Assembly (NCBI GenBank): GCA_038064875.1
Contig: JBBTSC010000001.1
Location: 507,004 to 571,003 of the forward strand
Length of the DNA stretch: 64,000 nt
Source: Patescibacteria group bacterium
Lineage (GTDB): Bacteria > Patescibacteriota > Saccharimonadia > Saccharimonadales > 2-12-FULL-41-12
Direction of reading: 5' to 3'
The notes under the pieces are model-generated. The model was given only the letters and a program-made list of their open reading frames with translations. It searched no databases and was not told the DNA's origin. Position 1 is the stretch's first letter. Each line of letters opens with the position of its first letter. Below are positions 1 to 8,849 of this stretch, in pieces. A program made the translations under genes and the position numbers.

Positions 1-619
1 CCTTATCGTCGATCTTTACATCCAATATTTCGCTTGCCCTTTTTATGATCTGAGCAACTTGTGGTTCTGAGTAAAATTCAAGCCTGTGCTGTATCCCAAA
101 TCGATCTCTCAGTGGCGCCGCCAAAGATCCAGTCCTAGTCGTAGCTCCGATTATCGTAAATTTTGGTAGATCAAGACGCAAACTTTTTGCACTAGGACCT
201 TTGCCAATCATAATATCCAACTTAAAATCTTCCATCGCAGAGTAGAGAATCTCTTCTATAGATCTGTTAAGTCTATGTATTTCGTCGATGAACAAGATAT
301 CTCCGTCTTGAAGGTTTGTCAGCATGCTGGCTAGATCACCAGCTCGTTCTATCGCTGGACCAGACGTTACTCTTAGTGCAGATCCCATTTCATTAGCAAT
401 CACATGTGCCATGGTGGTTTTGCCAAGCCCAGGGGGGCCAAAAAGAAGAACGTGATCAATAGGCTCACCACGCTTTTTGGCTGCGTCTATTGCCAGTTGC
501 AGATTCTTTTTTAAACGATCTTGACCAATATAGTTTTTGAAATCTTTTGGACGAAGAGTTACTTCTTCTTTTGCCTCTACCTCATCTGGTTCTGGCTGGG
601 TAATCCTCTCGATAGCCAT
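1..619 (-). CDS. ruvB: Holliday junction branch-migration ATPase RuvB (3' end cut by window edge)
   Basis: Own minus-strand translation from the ATG at 619-617 gives [11 protein letters not shown]...[24 protein letters not shown]...[11 protein letters not shown]...[20 protein letters not shown]. These are the RuvB Walker A/B and sensor motifs. The start abuts the ruvA stop codon at 620-622. Confidence 0.93.
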   Translation of the reverse strand, partial: MAIERITQPEPDEVEAKEEVTLRPKDFKNYIGQDRLKKNLQLAIDAAKKRGEPIDHVLLFGPPGLGKTTMAHVIANEMGSALRVTSGPAIERAGDLASMLTNLQDGDILFIDEIHRLNRSIEEILYSAMEDFKLDIMIGKGPSAKSLRLDLPKFTIIGATTRTGSLAAPLRDRFGIQHRLEFYSEPQVAQIIKRASEILDVKIDDK

Positions 620-1198
620 CTATTTGCCCCTCAAGGCTTCTTTAATTCTTTGCTCTGTTGATAGACTCTTGTCGACTTTAGCCAACGCACTTTTGGCGTC
701 TTGGTCGGAAAAACCGAGAGCAACCAATCCTGAAAACGCTTCATCTTTGCTAGATACATAATCGCCGTCCAACATATCGCTAGCAGATACCTTACTGACT
801 AGCCCAACCTTATCTTTAAGCTCTATTACCACTCGCTCTGCCAGCTTCTTGCCAACACCAGGGGCAATCTGGATGAATTTAACATCACCACTCGCTATAG
901 CTAAGCGCAGTTCTTTGATAGAGCCGATACTTAACATGTTAAGTGCCATCTTTGGCCCTACCCCATTAACTTCTATTAACTTTTCGAAGAAGTTCTTGTC
1001 ATCTTGGCCGATAAAACCAAAGAGATCATGACTTTGCTCTCTTATATGCTCATAGATGTAAAGTTTTTGGCTCGCTGAAACTTTTAGCTTCGATCTGTCG
1101 TCATCACTGACAAAAATACCATACCCAACACCCCCAACATCGAGAACGACATAGTCTAAGTTGGTAGATATAATTTTACCCTCTAAATATGCAATCAT
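620..1198 (-). CDS. ruvA: Holliday junction DNA helicase subunit RuvA
   Basis: 192 aa ORF with MIAYLEGKI N-terminus and HhH-type GVGPKMA / APGVGKKLAERV motifs. Conserved ruvC-ruvA-ruvB order. TATAAT (1211-1206) lies 7 nt upstream of the ATG. Confidence 0.9.
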   Translation of the reverse strand: MIAYLEGKIISTNLDYVVLDVGGVGYGIFVSDDDRSKLKVSASQKLYIYEHIREQSHDLFGFIGQDDKNFFEKLIEVNGVGPKMALNMLSIGSIKELRLAIASGDVKFIQIAPGVGKKLAERVVIELKDKVGLVSKVSASDMLDGDYVSSKDEAFSGLVALGFSDQDAKSALAKVDKSLSTEQRIKEALRGK

Positions 1199-1226
1199 TG
1201 GCTATATTATACCCTGATAGGGTGAT

Positions 1227-1706
1227 CTAGGCGAATCTTGCTGTCATGCTATGAGCAATAGCGCATGCCAAAGCATCTGCGCAGTCATCTGGTTCAGGTA
1301 TAGATTTTAACTTTAGAATCACTTTTACCATTTCTTGAACTTGTTTTTTATCGGCTTTGCCATAGCCTGTCACTGACTGCTTTATCTGAAGTGGTGTGTA
1401 CTCAAAAATATCTAAGCCATTCTGTTTGCCCAGCAACAATACGACTCCTCTAGCCTGAGAAACACTCATAGCAGTCGTAACGTTACGCATGAAGAAGAGT
1501 TTTTCTACTGCCATGACGTGAGGCTTATGCGTTTTTATGATTTCCTCAAGCTCAGAGCTGATAGTTACAAGGCGACTAGCCTCTTCACTATTTGCGGGTG
1601 TAGTTATAACCCCTCCATCAACTAACTGGACCTTACCGTCATCTCTATAGTCAATAACCCCGAATCCGAGACGACCTGTGCCCGGATCAATTCCAATTAT
1701 CCTCAT
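1227..1706 (-). CDS. ruvC: Crossover junction endodeoxyribonuclease RuvC
   Basis: 159 aa ORF with the RuvC signature N-terminus MRIIGIDPGTGRLGFGVID. The 4 nt overlap (1703-1706) with the upstream ORF suggests coupling. Confidence 0.9.
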   Translation of the reverse strand: MRIIGIDPGTGRLGFGVIDYRDDGKVQLVDGGVITTPANSEEASRLVTISSELEEIIKTHKPHVMAVEKLFFMRNVTTAMSVSQARGVVLLLGKQNGLDIFEYTPLQIKQSVTGYGKADKKQVQEMVKVILKLKSIPEPDDCADALACAIAHSMTARFA

Positions 1707-2485
1707 GAGTTCTTCTTTGCTTTTATGATATCCACAATTTGCTGATGTACATGCCCATTACTTGCTACAAAACCATTTATAGGTTGGTTGTATTTCTGCT
1801 GATTACCATCCAAGTCTGTAACTTTACCACCCGCTTCTGTGACAATCAAGGAAATAGCTGCTCCATCTTCTGGCTTGGGATTATTAAATATCGTAGCCGT
1901 GAACTCACCAGAAGCAACCAATGCAGTAGGCAATATCACAGACCATAGAGACGTTATATGAGCCCCTAGACTTACTAATTCTGATTCAACGGGTTGCATC
2001 TCTAAAACTTTATTTTTTAGTCCGCCTTCCATATCAATAAGCGCATTCTCTAAAGTATTCTTGCTTGAAACTGATATTTGATCTCCGTTCATAAAAGCAC
2101 CATCACCTTTTGATGCAGAAAACAATCTGTTCTGGTAGGGATCGTAGACAATCCCTACTATACTCTCGCCTTTTTTTGTCAAAGCTAAAGAGAACGTAGA
2201 GATTGGTAGACCATGCGAGAATGGAACAGTCCCATCAACAGGATCAACCACCCAGGTATATTCTGAATCTGATACTTTACTCTCTTCTTCGCCCAGTACC
2301 CCATGCTCAGGATACATCTTTGCTATCTCCTCTATTACAAGCTTGTTCACTGCCAGATCAGTCTCCGTGACAGGAGTATTATCTGACTTCCAATTCTTAT
2401 TCATCCCTGATGCAAAATTCTGTCTTATAAGAGCACCTGATTTTAGCGCTAAATCTTTAGCAAAATTGAGATAATCATCATGCAT
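1703..2485 (-). CDS. Inositol monophosphatase family protein
   Basis: 260 aa ORF with the IMPase motifs VLGEEE and WVVDPVDGT. Confidence 0.8.
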   Translation of the reverse strand: MHDDYLNFAKDLALKSGALIRQNFASGMNKNWKSDNTPVTETDLAVNKLVIEEIAKMYPEHGVLGEEESKVSDSEYTWVVDPVDGTVPFSHGLPISTFSLALTKKGESIVGIVYDPYQNRLFSASKGDGAFMNGDQISVSSKNTLENALIDMEGGLKNKVLEMQPVESELVSLGAHITSLWSVILPTALVASGEFTATIFNNPKPEDGAAISLIVTEAGGKVTDLDGNQQKYNQPINGFVASNGHVHQQIVDIIKAKKNS

Positions 2486-2489
2486 ACTC

Positions 2490-3203
2490 TCAGGCCTCTA
2501 CGTCGAAGTTTACGTGAGTTTTTACGACGTCGTCGTTCTCTTCTATCTTGTCCAGCAACCGAGTGATCTTGCCTATAGTTGATTCGTCAGTAATAGTAAT
2601 GATATCTTTTGGCACATATGTTAGCTCTGCTTCTGTTACAGTATATTTTTCCTTGATAGCATCTCTAACTTCTGCAAGTTTTTTAGCCTCTGTGTATATT
2701 GTTGTCTCACCTTCGTCTTCCAAAACATCCTCAGCTCCGACATCGAGCGCGTCCAAAAGAAGCTCCTCGCCAGTCTCTTTAACGATAATCATTCCTTTGT
2801 GGTCAAACAAAAATGCCACTGAGCCTTTTTCCGCAATACTACCACCGTGCTTGGTAAATGCTAACCTAACTTCTGGATACGTTCTATTAATATTATCCGT
2901 GGCGCACTCTATCAAGATCGCTGTTCCGCCGGGGCCGTAACCTTCGTATAAAACTTCTTGAATTTGCTCTCCGCCGAGTTTGCCAGAACCACGATCTATC
3001 GCTTTTTGAATATTAGTCCCGGGCATATTAGAAGCCTTGGCCTTGTCGATTGCAAGCCTGAGCGTAAAGTTAGTGTCTGGGTCAGCTCCAGCTCGTGCGG
3101 CTATGGCTATGTTGTTGCCCAGCTTTGTAAATACAGCTCCGCGTTTGGCATCTTCTATAGCTTTGCCTCTGTGAATTTTCGCCCATTTACTGTGTCCAGC
3201 CAT
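2490..3203 (-). CDS. yebC: YebC/PmpR family transcriptional regulator
   Basis: 237 aa ORF with the family-typical N-terminus MAGHSKWAKIHRGKAIEDAKRG. AAAGGAG SD upstream. Confidence 0.9.
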   Translation of the reverse strand: MAGHSKWAKIHRGKAIEDAKRGAVFTKLGNNIAIAARAGADPDTNFTLRLAIDKAKASNMPGTNIQKAIDRGSGKLGGEQIQEVLYEGYGPGGTAILIECATDNINRTYPEVRLAFTKHGGSIAEKGSVAFLFDHKGMIIVKETGEELLLDALDVGAEDVLEDEGETTIYTEAKKLAEVRDAIKEKYTVTEAELTYVPKDIITITDESTIGKITRLLDKIEENDDVVKTHVNFDVEA

Positions 3204-3204
3204 G

Positions 3205-4680
3205 CTAAAGTAGCTCCTTTTCTAGATCAATTATATCACGACGATTCTTGGTTTTATGATACAGAATCAAACAAATAACAATAATTAGTGCATAAGCAAA
3301 GATCATTTCAGTCAAACTTATTTTTGTATCAATCAACGCTCCTGGAATTTGAGCAAATAAATTCGCCACGTCTAGTATCGCAACCAGCATGATTTTTGCA
3401 GGCAAAGCTAAGACTCCGGCCACATGTGGGGATAACATACCTGCTATACCGGCGATAAAGCTGGACAACATGGCAAAAGGCACCAACGGAACCACAATAA
3501 TATTTACCATAAACCCTACCAAAGAAACACGTCCGAATATAAACATTATTATCGGCAATGTGAGAATCTGCGCAGAAAATGTATCGCTAATTAGCTGTTT
3601 AAGTGTGAGTAATTTGTCGCTTTTAGAGTACCTGAGGATCAATAGTGGCGAAAGCACCAGCACTCCAAAAAACGCCAAGAATGACAAATACCAACCTATA
3701 TCGAACCAGACGTATATTGGGTTCCAAATGCCTGTGATAAATGCTGTCAGACCGATTAGCAAGACAGGCTTCATAGAACGACCAACATACCATGTCAGCA
3801 GAGACAGCGCACTAACTATAGATGCCCTGACTATTGAAGCGCTGAACCCAGTGATCAACAAAAATCCGACTATCAACCCGCCAGACAGGAGTGTGGCTTG
3901 GTACTTTGATGTTTTTTCTAAAAGTCTCCGCGCAAAAAGCACTAAGATAGTCAGGTTATAACCCGACACCGCTACAATGTGTACCAGTCCAACTTTCTTA
4001 AAATTTTCGTCTACGTTGTCTGGCAATGTACTTCTCTGGCCTATCAGCAAACCCAGAGCAAAAGATGCAGCTGGTTCTGGCAAAGCATTATAAACTCCAG
4101 CAACAAAATTTTGCCTAATCTTCTCTACGAACGAGTCTGTTCTGTTAATCACTTCTATTTGAGCAAAACTGATTCTGCCGACTTTTCCCCCTCTCGTCTG
4201 ATAAATTTTGCCCTCTACCTGAACAATATCTCCTCTAGTTACAGCAGGAGTGCCAAATCCGGAAATGGTCATCTTGCCCGGCAGATACAGATCCTCTTCT
4301 GGAATATATACATCACCAACCTCGAACTCTAATTGTTTTTTATCATCGTAGACACCGTCACTTCTAGCCTCGGCAACAATGACAACTTTCTTCTCATAAA
4401 TCCGGTCATACGCCGAAAAACTCTGCTGGAACTGATCTCCACGCCAAAGACCCAAGCTCAGACCAAACAAAATCATAAAGATCATCCACGCGATATTTCG
4501 ACTGCGAATAGTTAACATGCTAAGTAATCCAAATATCAAGACTAACTCAAGTTGTAATGGCTGAAAATTCTTTGCCAAAAATAGTCCAGCAACAGCCAAA
4601 AAACAGAAGCATGTCAGCCCCGTCGTCCAATTAAAATGCATAGCGAGAACACGCTTAAGCTTTTTCATTCTTGGATACAT
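3205..4680 (-). CDS. comEC: ComEC/Rec2-family DNA internalisation channel (short form, no metallo-beta-lactamase domain)
   Basis: 491 aa polytopic membrane ORF with the competence-domain motif GLVHIVAVSGYNLTIL. The start is uncertain: ATG 4680, or the fifth codon ATG 4668, which lies 10 nt downstream of a TATAAT (4684-4679). Confidence 0.75.
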   Translation of the reverse strand: MYPRMKKLKRVLAMHFNWTTGLTCFCFLAVAGLFLAKNFQPLQLELVLIFGLLSMLTIRSRNIAWMIFMILFGLSLGLWRGDQFQQSFSAYDRIYEKKVVIVAEARSDGVYDDKKQLEFEVGDVYIPEEDLYLPGKMTISGFGTPAVTRGDIVQVEGKIYQTRGGKVGRISFAQIEVINRTDSFVEKIRQNFVAGVYNALPEPAASFALGLLIGQRSTLPDNVDENFKKVGLVHIVAVSGYNLTILVLFARRLLEKTSKYQATLLSGGLIVGFLLITGFSASIVRASIVSALSLLTWYVGRSMKPVLLIGLTAFITGIWNPIYVWFDIGWYLSFLAFFGVLVLSPLLILRYSKSDKLLTLKQLISDTFSAQILTLPIIMFIFGRVSLVGFMVNIIVVPLVPFAMLSSFIAGIAGMLSPHVAGVLALPAKIMLVAILDVANLFAQIPGALIDTKISLTEMIFAYALIIVICLILYHKTKNRRDIIDLEKELL

Positions 4681-4694
4681 TATATACTAGGTAT

Positions 4695-5642
4695 ATGGAT
4701 GAAATTGCACGATATTTTGAAAACTTAGGACTCGAGCCTTCACACACTCAAATGGCACCGATTAAAGGTGGCCATATGTCATATAGCAAATCTGTATACA
4801 TCAATGATAGCGAAAAAATCTTTGTAAAGAAATTTGTTGCTAGGGCCGACTTGACCAAACTACAATCTGCCCATGCTCTTGCCTATCTACATAAAGAAAA
4901 CAAGATAATAAACCAACTCTCTGGCCTGGACATCTCTCCAGAATTCTCTGAGCTGATATCATCAAACTCTTTGATCCTACCTGCATATACTGAAGAGTCT
5001 GGTTGGTTCTGGGAGGCGCCTGAGGATACTGAGTTACTGGAAAACTACATCTCTTCTATCCTGAGTGTACTGTCTGAAAAAGAGAGTGCCACTGTTGATT
5101 TTGAAAATGTTGATATCCTGCCGAGTCAACAAACCCTCGAGTCTAGTGGCTGGCAAAAATTAACAAAACTACCGGATCTCAAGTCTCAAATAACAGACAA
5201 GGTTGCACAGTTCAAATCAGCCTTGCACCCAATTACGGTTAACTCTGGTCATGATTTGGTAGAGAATATAGGAGATCTCATTAACCAATACCGGCCAGTC
5301 AGTAGCAAAGAATTAACAGCTTTTTCTCATCACGATGCTCGGCAACACAACATTGCATGGCACCCTGATCTTGGGGTTAGGATAGTCGATTGGAGCTGGG
5401 CAGGAATGGGCTTGCCAAATTCTGATACAACTATGTTCCTAGTAGACCTAACAAAGAGCGGGATAGATGTTTCTGAATATCTAGATCGATATTTTAATCC
5501 AGATCATGCCCACATACTTATTGGTTTTTGGCTAGCTAGAGCGCTGGAACCACCGAGCAAGTCTAACCCTGAAGTCCGCTTGCACCAACTAGCCTCCGCC
5601 ATCACCGCATACAACCTCATTAAATATAAAAACCCCACTTAG
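4695..5642 (+). CDS. Phosphotransferase (APH/choline-kinase-like) family protein
   Basis: Contains the kinase-like catalytic loop HHDARQHNIAW followed by IVDWSWAG. The track ORF begins at TTG 4671. I prefer ATG 4695 because TATACT (4683-4688) lies exactly 6 nt upstream. Confidence 0.6.
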   Translation: MDEIARYFENLGLEPSHTQMAPIKGGHMSYSKSVYINDSEKIFVKKFVARADLTKLQSAHALAYLHKENKIINQLSGLDISPEFSELISSNSLILPAYTEESGWFWEAPEDTELLENYISSILSVLSEKESATVDFENVDILPSQQTLESSGWQKLTKLPDLKSQITDKVAQFKSALHPITVNSGHDLVENIGDLINQYRPVSSKELTAFSHHDARQHNIAWHPDLGVRIVDWSWAGMGLPNSDTTMFLVDLTKSGIDVSEYLDRYFNPDHAHILIGFWLARALEPPSKSNPEVRLHQLASAITAYNLIKYKNPT

Positions 5643-5658
5643 ATGTGGGGTGCTTATA

Positions 5659-5734
5659 TGGAGGACCCAGTGGGACTCGAACCCACGACACGTGGCTTAA
5701 AAGGCCACTGCTCTACCAACTGAGCTATAGGTCC
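5659..5734 (-). tRNA. tRNA-Lys (anticodon UUU), CCA encoded
   Basis: Manual cloverleaf: GGACCTA/TA/GCTC-AGTTGGTA-GAGC/A/GTGGC-CTTTTAA-GCCAC/GTGTC/GTGGG-TTCGAGT-CCCAC/TGGGTCC/T/CCA. 76 nt. Confidence 0.9.
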
Positions 5735-5812
5735 ACACTCGAAAATGTGGCAATTACTCCCTATAATTATGCAGATTTTTAACCAAAAGTCAATCTGTTA
5801 AACAGATGGGGC

Positions 5813-6274
5813 CTACTTATGATGGTCTCTTTTGACTTTATGCAAACTCACACTCAGTAGCAAAACGGCTAGAAGCATAGTGACTGCAACATAAATATCT
5901 ACTTGGTGGCTAAAGTTACGCAAAAAACTGTCTGACAAATCACGAAATAGACTGTAGTTATATCGACTCGCAAGAATCACAATCGAAAAAGAACCAACTA
6001 TCCGTAGCACGTGATCAAACAGCCTGTGCTTAATCTGTCTCTTTCGCCCTACAAAGATCAAGGCCAACATTGGAGCCACGAATAATATTATATTGCTCAT
6101 GTTCTGACCGAGCACGGAAATATTCGGCATCCAGAAGCTCAATCTATTTGCCATGAAATCACCTATCAACGCACCTACAAGTATTATCGATGCCGGGACA
6201 CGGAGCACAACCCCCAGCAAACATATTGCTACGGTGAGCCCGATGCCGATGATTGGTAAATCGCTTATGTTCAT
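5813..6274 (-). CDS. Hypothetical polytopic membrane protein
   Basis: 153 aa ORF with several hydrophobic spans. Abuts the upstream ORF with a 1 nt gap. Confidence 0.6.
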   Translation of the reverse strand: MNISDLPIIGIGLTVAICLLGVVLRVPASIILVGALIGDFMANRLSFWMPNISVLGQNMSNIILFVAPMLALIFVGRKRQIKHRLFDHVLRIVGSFSIVILASRYNYSLFRDLSDSFLRNFSHQVDIYVAVTMLLAVLLLSVSLHKVKRDHHK

Positions 6275-6275
6275 A

Positions 6276-6710
6276 TCACTCTAAGTTTATCTTGTCGCCA
6301 ACTTTTAGTCCACTACTTCTAAGGTCATCCACGTTGACCTCAATCACATGGTCAGCCCTGTGACAATATGGCTCGGGGTACGTTGCAGGACTAATATCTG
6401 GTTCAATATGAGAGACTTTTTTGCTATCAACCCATATTATTGCCAGATTAAATCTCATCTCTTTCATCCACATACACATTTCTTCAGATTCATTGCTCGA
6501 GAAGATCATCCCCTCATTTTTGCCTAAAGATTCTCTGCCTGATAGACCAATTGCTTTGTCTTCTGTAGAACTAGCAACTTCTAACTTAAAACTTTGGGTA
6601 CCTAGTTGCACCACCAACTTGTCTGTCCTCAGAGACAGCAAAAGAATAAATATCGCCAGAACCAAAGCAAAGATCTGCCAATTCTTTTTGAGACTAGTAA
6701 TTAAATTCAT
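6276..6710 (-). CDS. DUF192 (COG1430) family protein with N-terminal membrane anchor
   Basis: 144 aa ORF. GLSGRESLGKNEGMIF...MWMKEMRFNLAIIWVD...VIEVN matches the DUF192 pattern. Confidence 0.7.
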   Translation of the reverse strand: MNLITSLKKNWQIFALVLAIFILLLSLRTDKLVVQLGTQSFKLEVASSTEDKAIGLSGRESLGKNEGMIFSSNESEEMCMWMKEMRFNLAIIWVDSKKVSHIEPDISPATYPEPYCHRADHVIEVNVDDLRSSGLKVGDKINLE

Positions 6711-6712
6711 AG

Positions 6713-6829
6713 CTAATTCTGTGACTTAACTCTCAAAAAAGCTAGAGTCAGTACTGCCACCATAATAACTATCAACACCAATATCATCAGAACAAATCCA
6801 GATTGATTATTGTCTTTTTTTTGCTTCAT
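6713..6829 (-). CDS. Candidate 38 aa single-pass membrane peptide (below the ORF-track cutoff)
   Basis: Own translation: MKQKKDNNQSGFVLMILVLIVIMVAVLTLAFLRVKSQN. The stop lies 2 nt before the DUF192 ATG. No SD seen. Confidence 0.35.
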   Translation of the reverse strand: MKQKKDNNQSGFVLMILVLIVIMVAVLTLAFLRVKSQN

Positions 6830-6864
6830 TAAGAATATTTATATCACAAAAAGCATAAGGATTT

Positions 6865-7971
6865 CTAGATGTTAAAGATCCCGCCACCTTTGGTGTCTTT
6901 GAACTGCTCTAGTAATTCTTTCTGTTTTTTGCTGAGTTTTGTTGGAGTTTCAACTATTATCGTTACTATGTGGGCACCACGAGAACCACTTTTAACGTGT
7001 GGCACGCCATGGCCTGATAGTTTGAAATCTGTACCGCTCTGCGTCCCGGCTGGCACTTTCATTTTGACCGGACCATCTACTGTATCAACTTCTATTTCTG
7101 TGCCTAAGGATGCGTCTATCATGCTGAGTTTTTCTTCGCTCAATATCAAGTTGCCTTCTCTGGTAAATCGTTTGTGAGGTTTGACTCGCATGTGTACATA
7201 TAGATCGCCTTTTTTGCCACCGGCTACAGCTTCACCGCGCTCGTGCAGTCGTATCGTCGCACCATCATCAATTCCTGCTGGGATTTTAAGCTTGATCGTC
7301 TGCTGAGTATCTTTTGTCCCTTTGCCACCACAGACTGTGCAGAGTTTTTCTGGGACTCTCCCAGAACCCTGACAGTTTTTACAAACAGCAGCTTGATTAA
7401 TCACACCAAAAGGCGTTCTGATACCTTGGACAACTTGTCCAGCACCCTTACAAACGTCACATGTTTTGAGCTCATATCCTGGCTCTGCCCTAGATCCTTT
7501 GCAGTGTTCACAGTTGTCATGCATACGGATTCGTAGTTCTTTTTCTATTCCAAATACTGCATCTTCAAAAGTCAGCTCTATTGCAGTCTCTACATCATGT
7601 CCTCGTTTTTGTCCGCCACGATGACCTCCACCTGCGTCTCCTCCAAAAAAGCTACTGAATATATCGCCGAGTCCTAGGTCTCCAAAGTCAAAGTGCATTT
7701 CCTGCCCCTGTCCGCCAAATCCTGCAAAAGGATTACCGCCGTCGCTAGACGCACTTGTACCGACTCCTGCGTGACCGAACTGGTCGTATCGTTGCCGTTT
7801 GGCTTGGTCTTTTAGGACTTCATAGGCTTCGTTGGCTTCTTTGAATTTAGCCTCATCTCCACCTTGGTCAGGGTGATGCTCAACCGCAAGTTTTCGGAAC
7901 GCCTTTTTGATCTCGTCCGCACTCGCGTCTTTTCCTATTCCCAGTACTTCGTAATAATCTCTTTTACTCAT
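6865..7971 (-). CDS. dnaJ: Molecular chaperone DnaJ
   Basis: J domain with HPD, a G/F-rich region and four CxxCxGxG zinc-finger repeats. The ATG overlaps the upstream stop (TAATG at 7969-7973). Confidence 0.95.
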   Translation of the reverse strand: MSKRDYYEVLGIGKDASADEIKKAFRKLAVEHHPDQGGDEAKFKEANEAYEVLKDQAKRQRYDQFGHAGVGTSASSDGGNPFAGFGGQGQEMHFDFGDLGLGDIFSSFFGGDAGGGHRGGQKRGHDVETAIELTFEDAVFGIEKELRIRMHDNCEHCKGSRAEPGYELKTCDVCKGAGQVVQGIRTPFGVINQAAVCKNCQGSGRVPEKLCTVCGGKGTKDTQQTIKLKIPAGIDDGATIRLHERGEAVAGGKKGDLYVHMRVKPHKRFTREGNLILSEEKLSMIDASLGTEIEVDTVDGPVKMKVPAGTQSGTDFKLSGHGVPHVKSGSRGAHIVTIIVETPTKLSKKQKELLEQFKDTKGGGIFNI

Positions 7972-8342
7972 TAACTATCCACACAGTGTCTATTATTATC
8001 TTCGAGTTTGGTACTAACGCTAAAAGTTCTTGATGAGCCTTCTTCGCCATTACATTTTTTTGCAAGATGCACAGCTATAACTCCTTTTTCATCTTTTTCA
8101 GTCACCAGAAATTTATACTTCTGTTTTATCTCTTGCTCAAACTCGTCTGATGGCAAAAAACTCTTGTCCTCTATCTGCTCTTTGGCTGGTAACTTTCCCC
8201 TATTGTTTGATTGATAGACCGCGATAGCGGACACGGTAGCAGAGACAGCATTCTTATGCGTCGTATCGCCCTGCTTTCTGCTGAGGCTAGGTGTCGCCAA
8301 TACAGGAAAGAGTAGTGCAAAAAATGCCAAAATTATAATCAT
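7971..8342 (-). CDS. Hypothetical secreted/anchored protein inside the dnaK-dnaJ interval
   Basis: 123 aa ORF with a hydrophobic N-terminus (MIIILAFFALLFPVLATP). Its stop is coupled to the dnaJ ATG. TATAAT (8355-8350) lies 7 nt upstream of its ATG. Confidence 0.6.
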   Translation of the reverse strand: MIIILAFFALLFPVLATPSLSRKQGDTTHKNAVSATVSAIAVYQSNNRGKLPAKEQIEDKSFLPSDEFEQEIKQKYKFLVTEKDEKGVIAVHLAKKCNGEEGSSRTFSVSTKLEDNNRHCVDS

Positions 8343-8405
8343 AACTTATATTATACCTGTTCTTGTTCTCTTAAACTCTTGTGTAGCCATACTATATTCT
8401 AACTT

Positions 8406-8813
8406 TTATTCTCTTTCGTGGCCAACTATTGCTCTCATGAAATTAATTAATTTCTCTGCATCATCTTCTGTCGCTAGAGCAATAGGATCTTTATCTGGGA
8501 AAGTATTCATTCTCTCTGATGCATTTGTTCGTAATTCTTCATCACTAGATCTAGAGTCTACCAGATGGCTACTAGCACGAATCAAATAATGATCCTCCGC
8601 TATCCAAAAGGAATGTGCCATAAATAGATGACTTTCATCCAGCTCCATGATCCCCAGTTGGAGCAATGGCATACCATCAATTATGTTGTTACCCATACCC
8701 CAGCGAATACCGCCTGAAACGCCTTCAGTCATTTTACCACCATCTAGCTTAGGTAACTTTGGCTCAATACTTTCCCAGCCAAATCTATTAAGATCAACTA
8801 TTCTCACTCGCAA
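8406..8813 (-). CDS. Hypothetical cytosolic protein downstream of dnaK
   Basis: 135 aa ORF with a TTG (8813) or GTG (8807) start preceded by AAGGAAGGAAG. No recognisable motif. Confidence 0.55.
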   Translation of the reverse strand: MRVRIVDLNRFGWESIEPKLPKLDGGKMTEGVSGGIRWGMGNNIIDGMPLLQLGIMELDESHLFMAHSFWIAEDHYLIRASSHLVDSRSSDEELRTNASERMNTFPDKDPIALATEDDAEKLINFMRAIVGHERE

Positions 8814-8849
8814 CTTCCTTCCTTAGAGCTAAACCTAACCTAACAGGAA

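Noticed and set aside
537-4515. Plus-strand ORFs antisense to ruvA, IMPase, yebC and comEC (537-761, 849-1031, 1739-1948, 2548-2940, 2958-3278, 3389-3961, 3979-4332, 4333-4515)
   Set aside because: Each lies within a well-supported minus-strand gene and has low-complexity or atypical composition.
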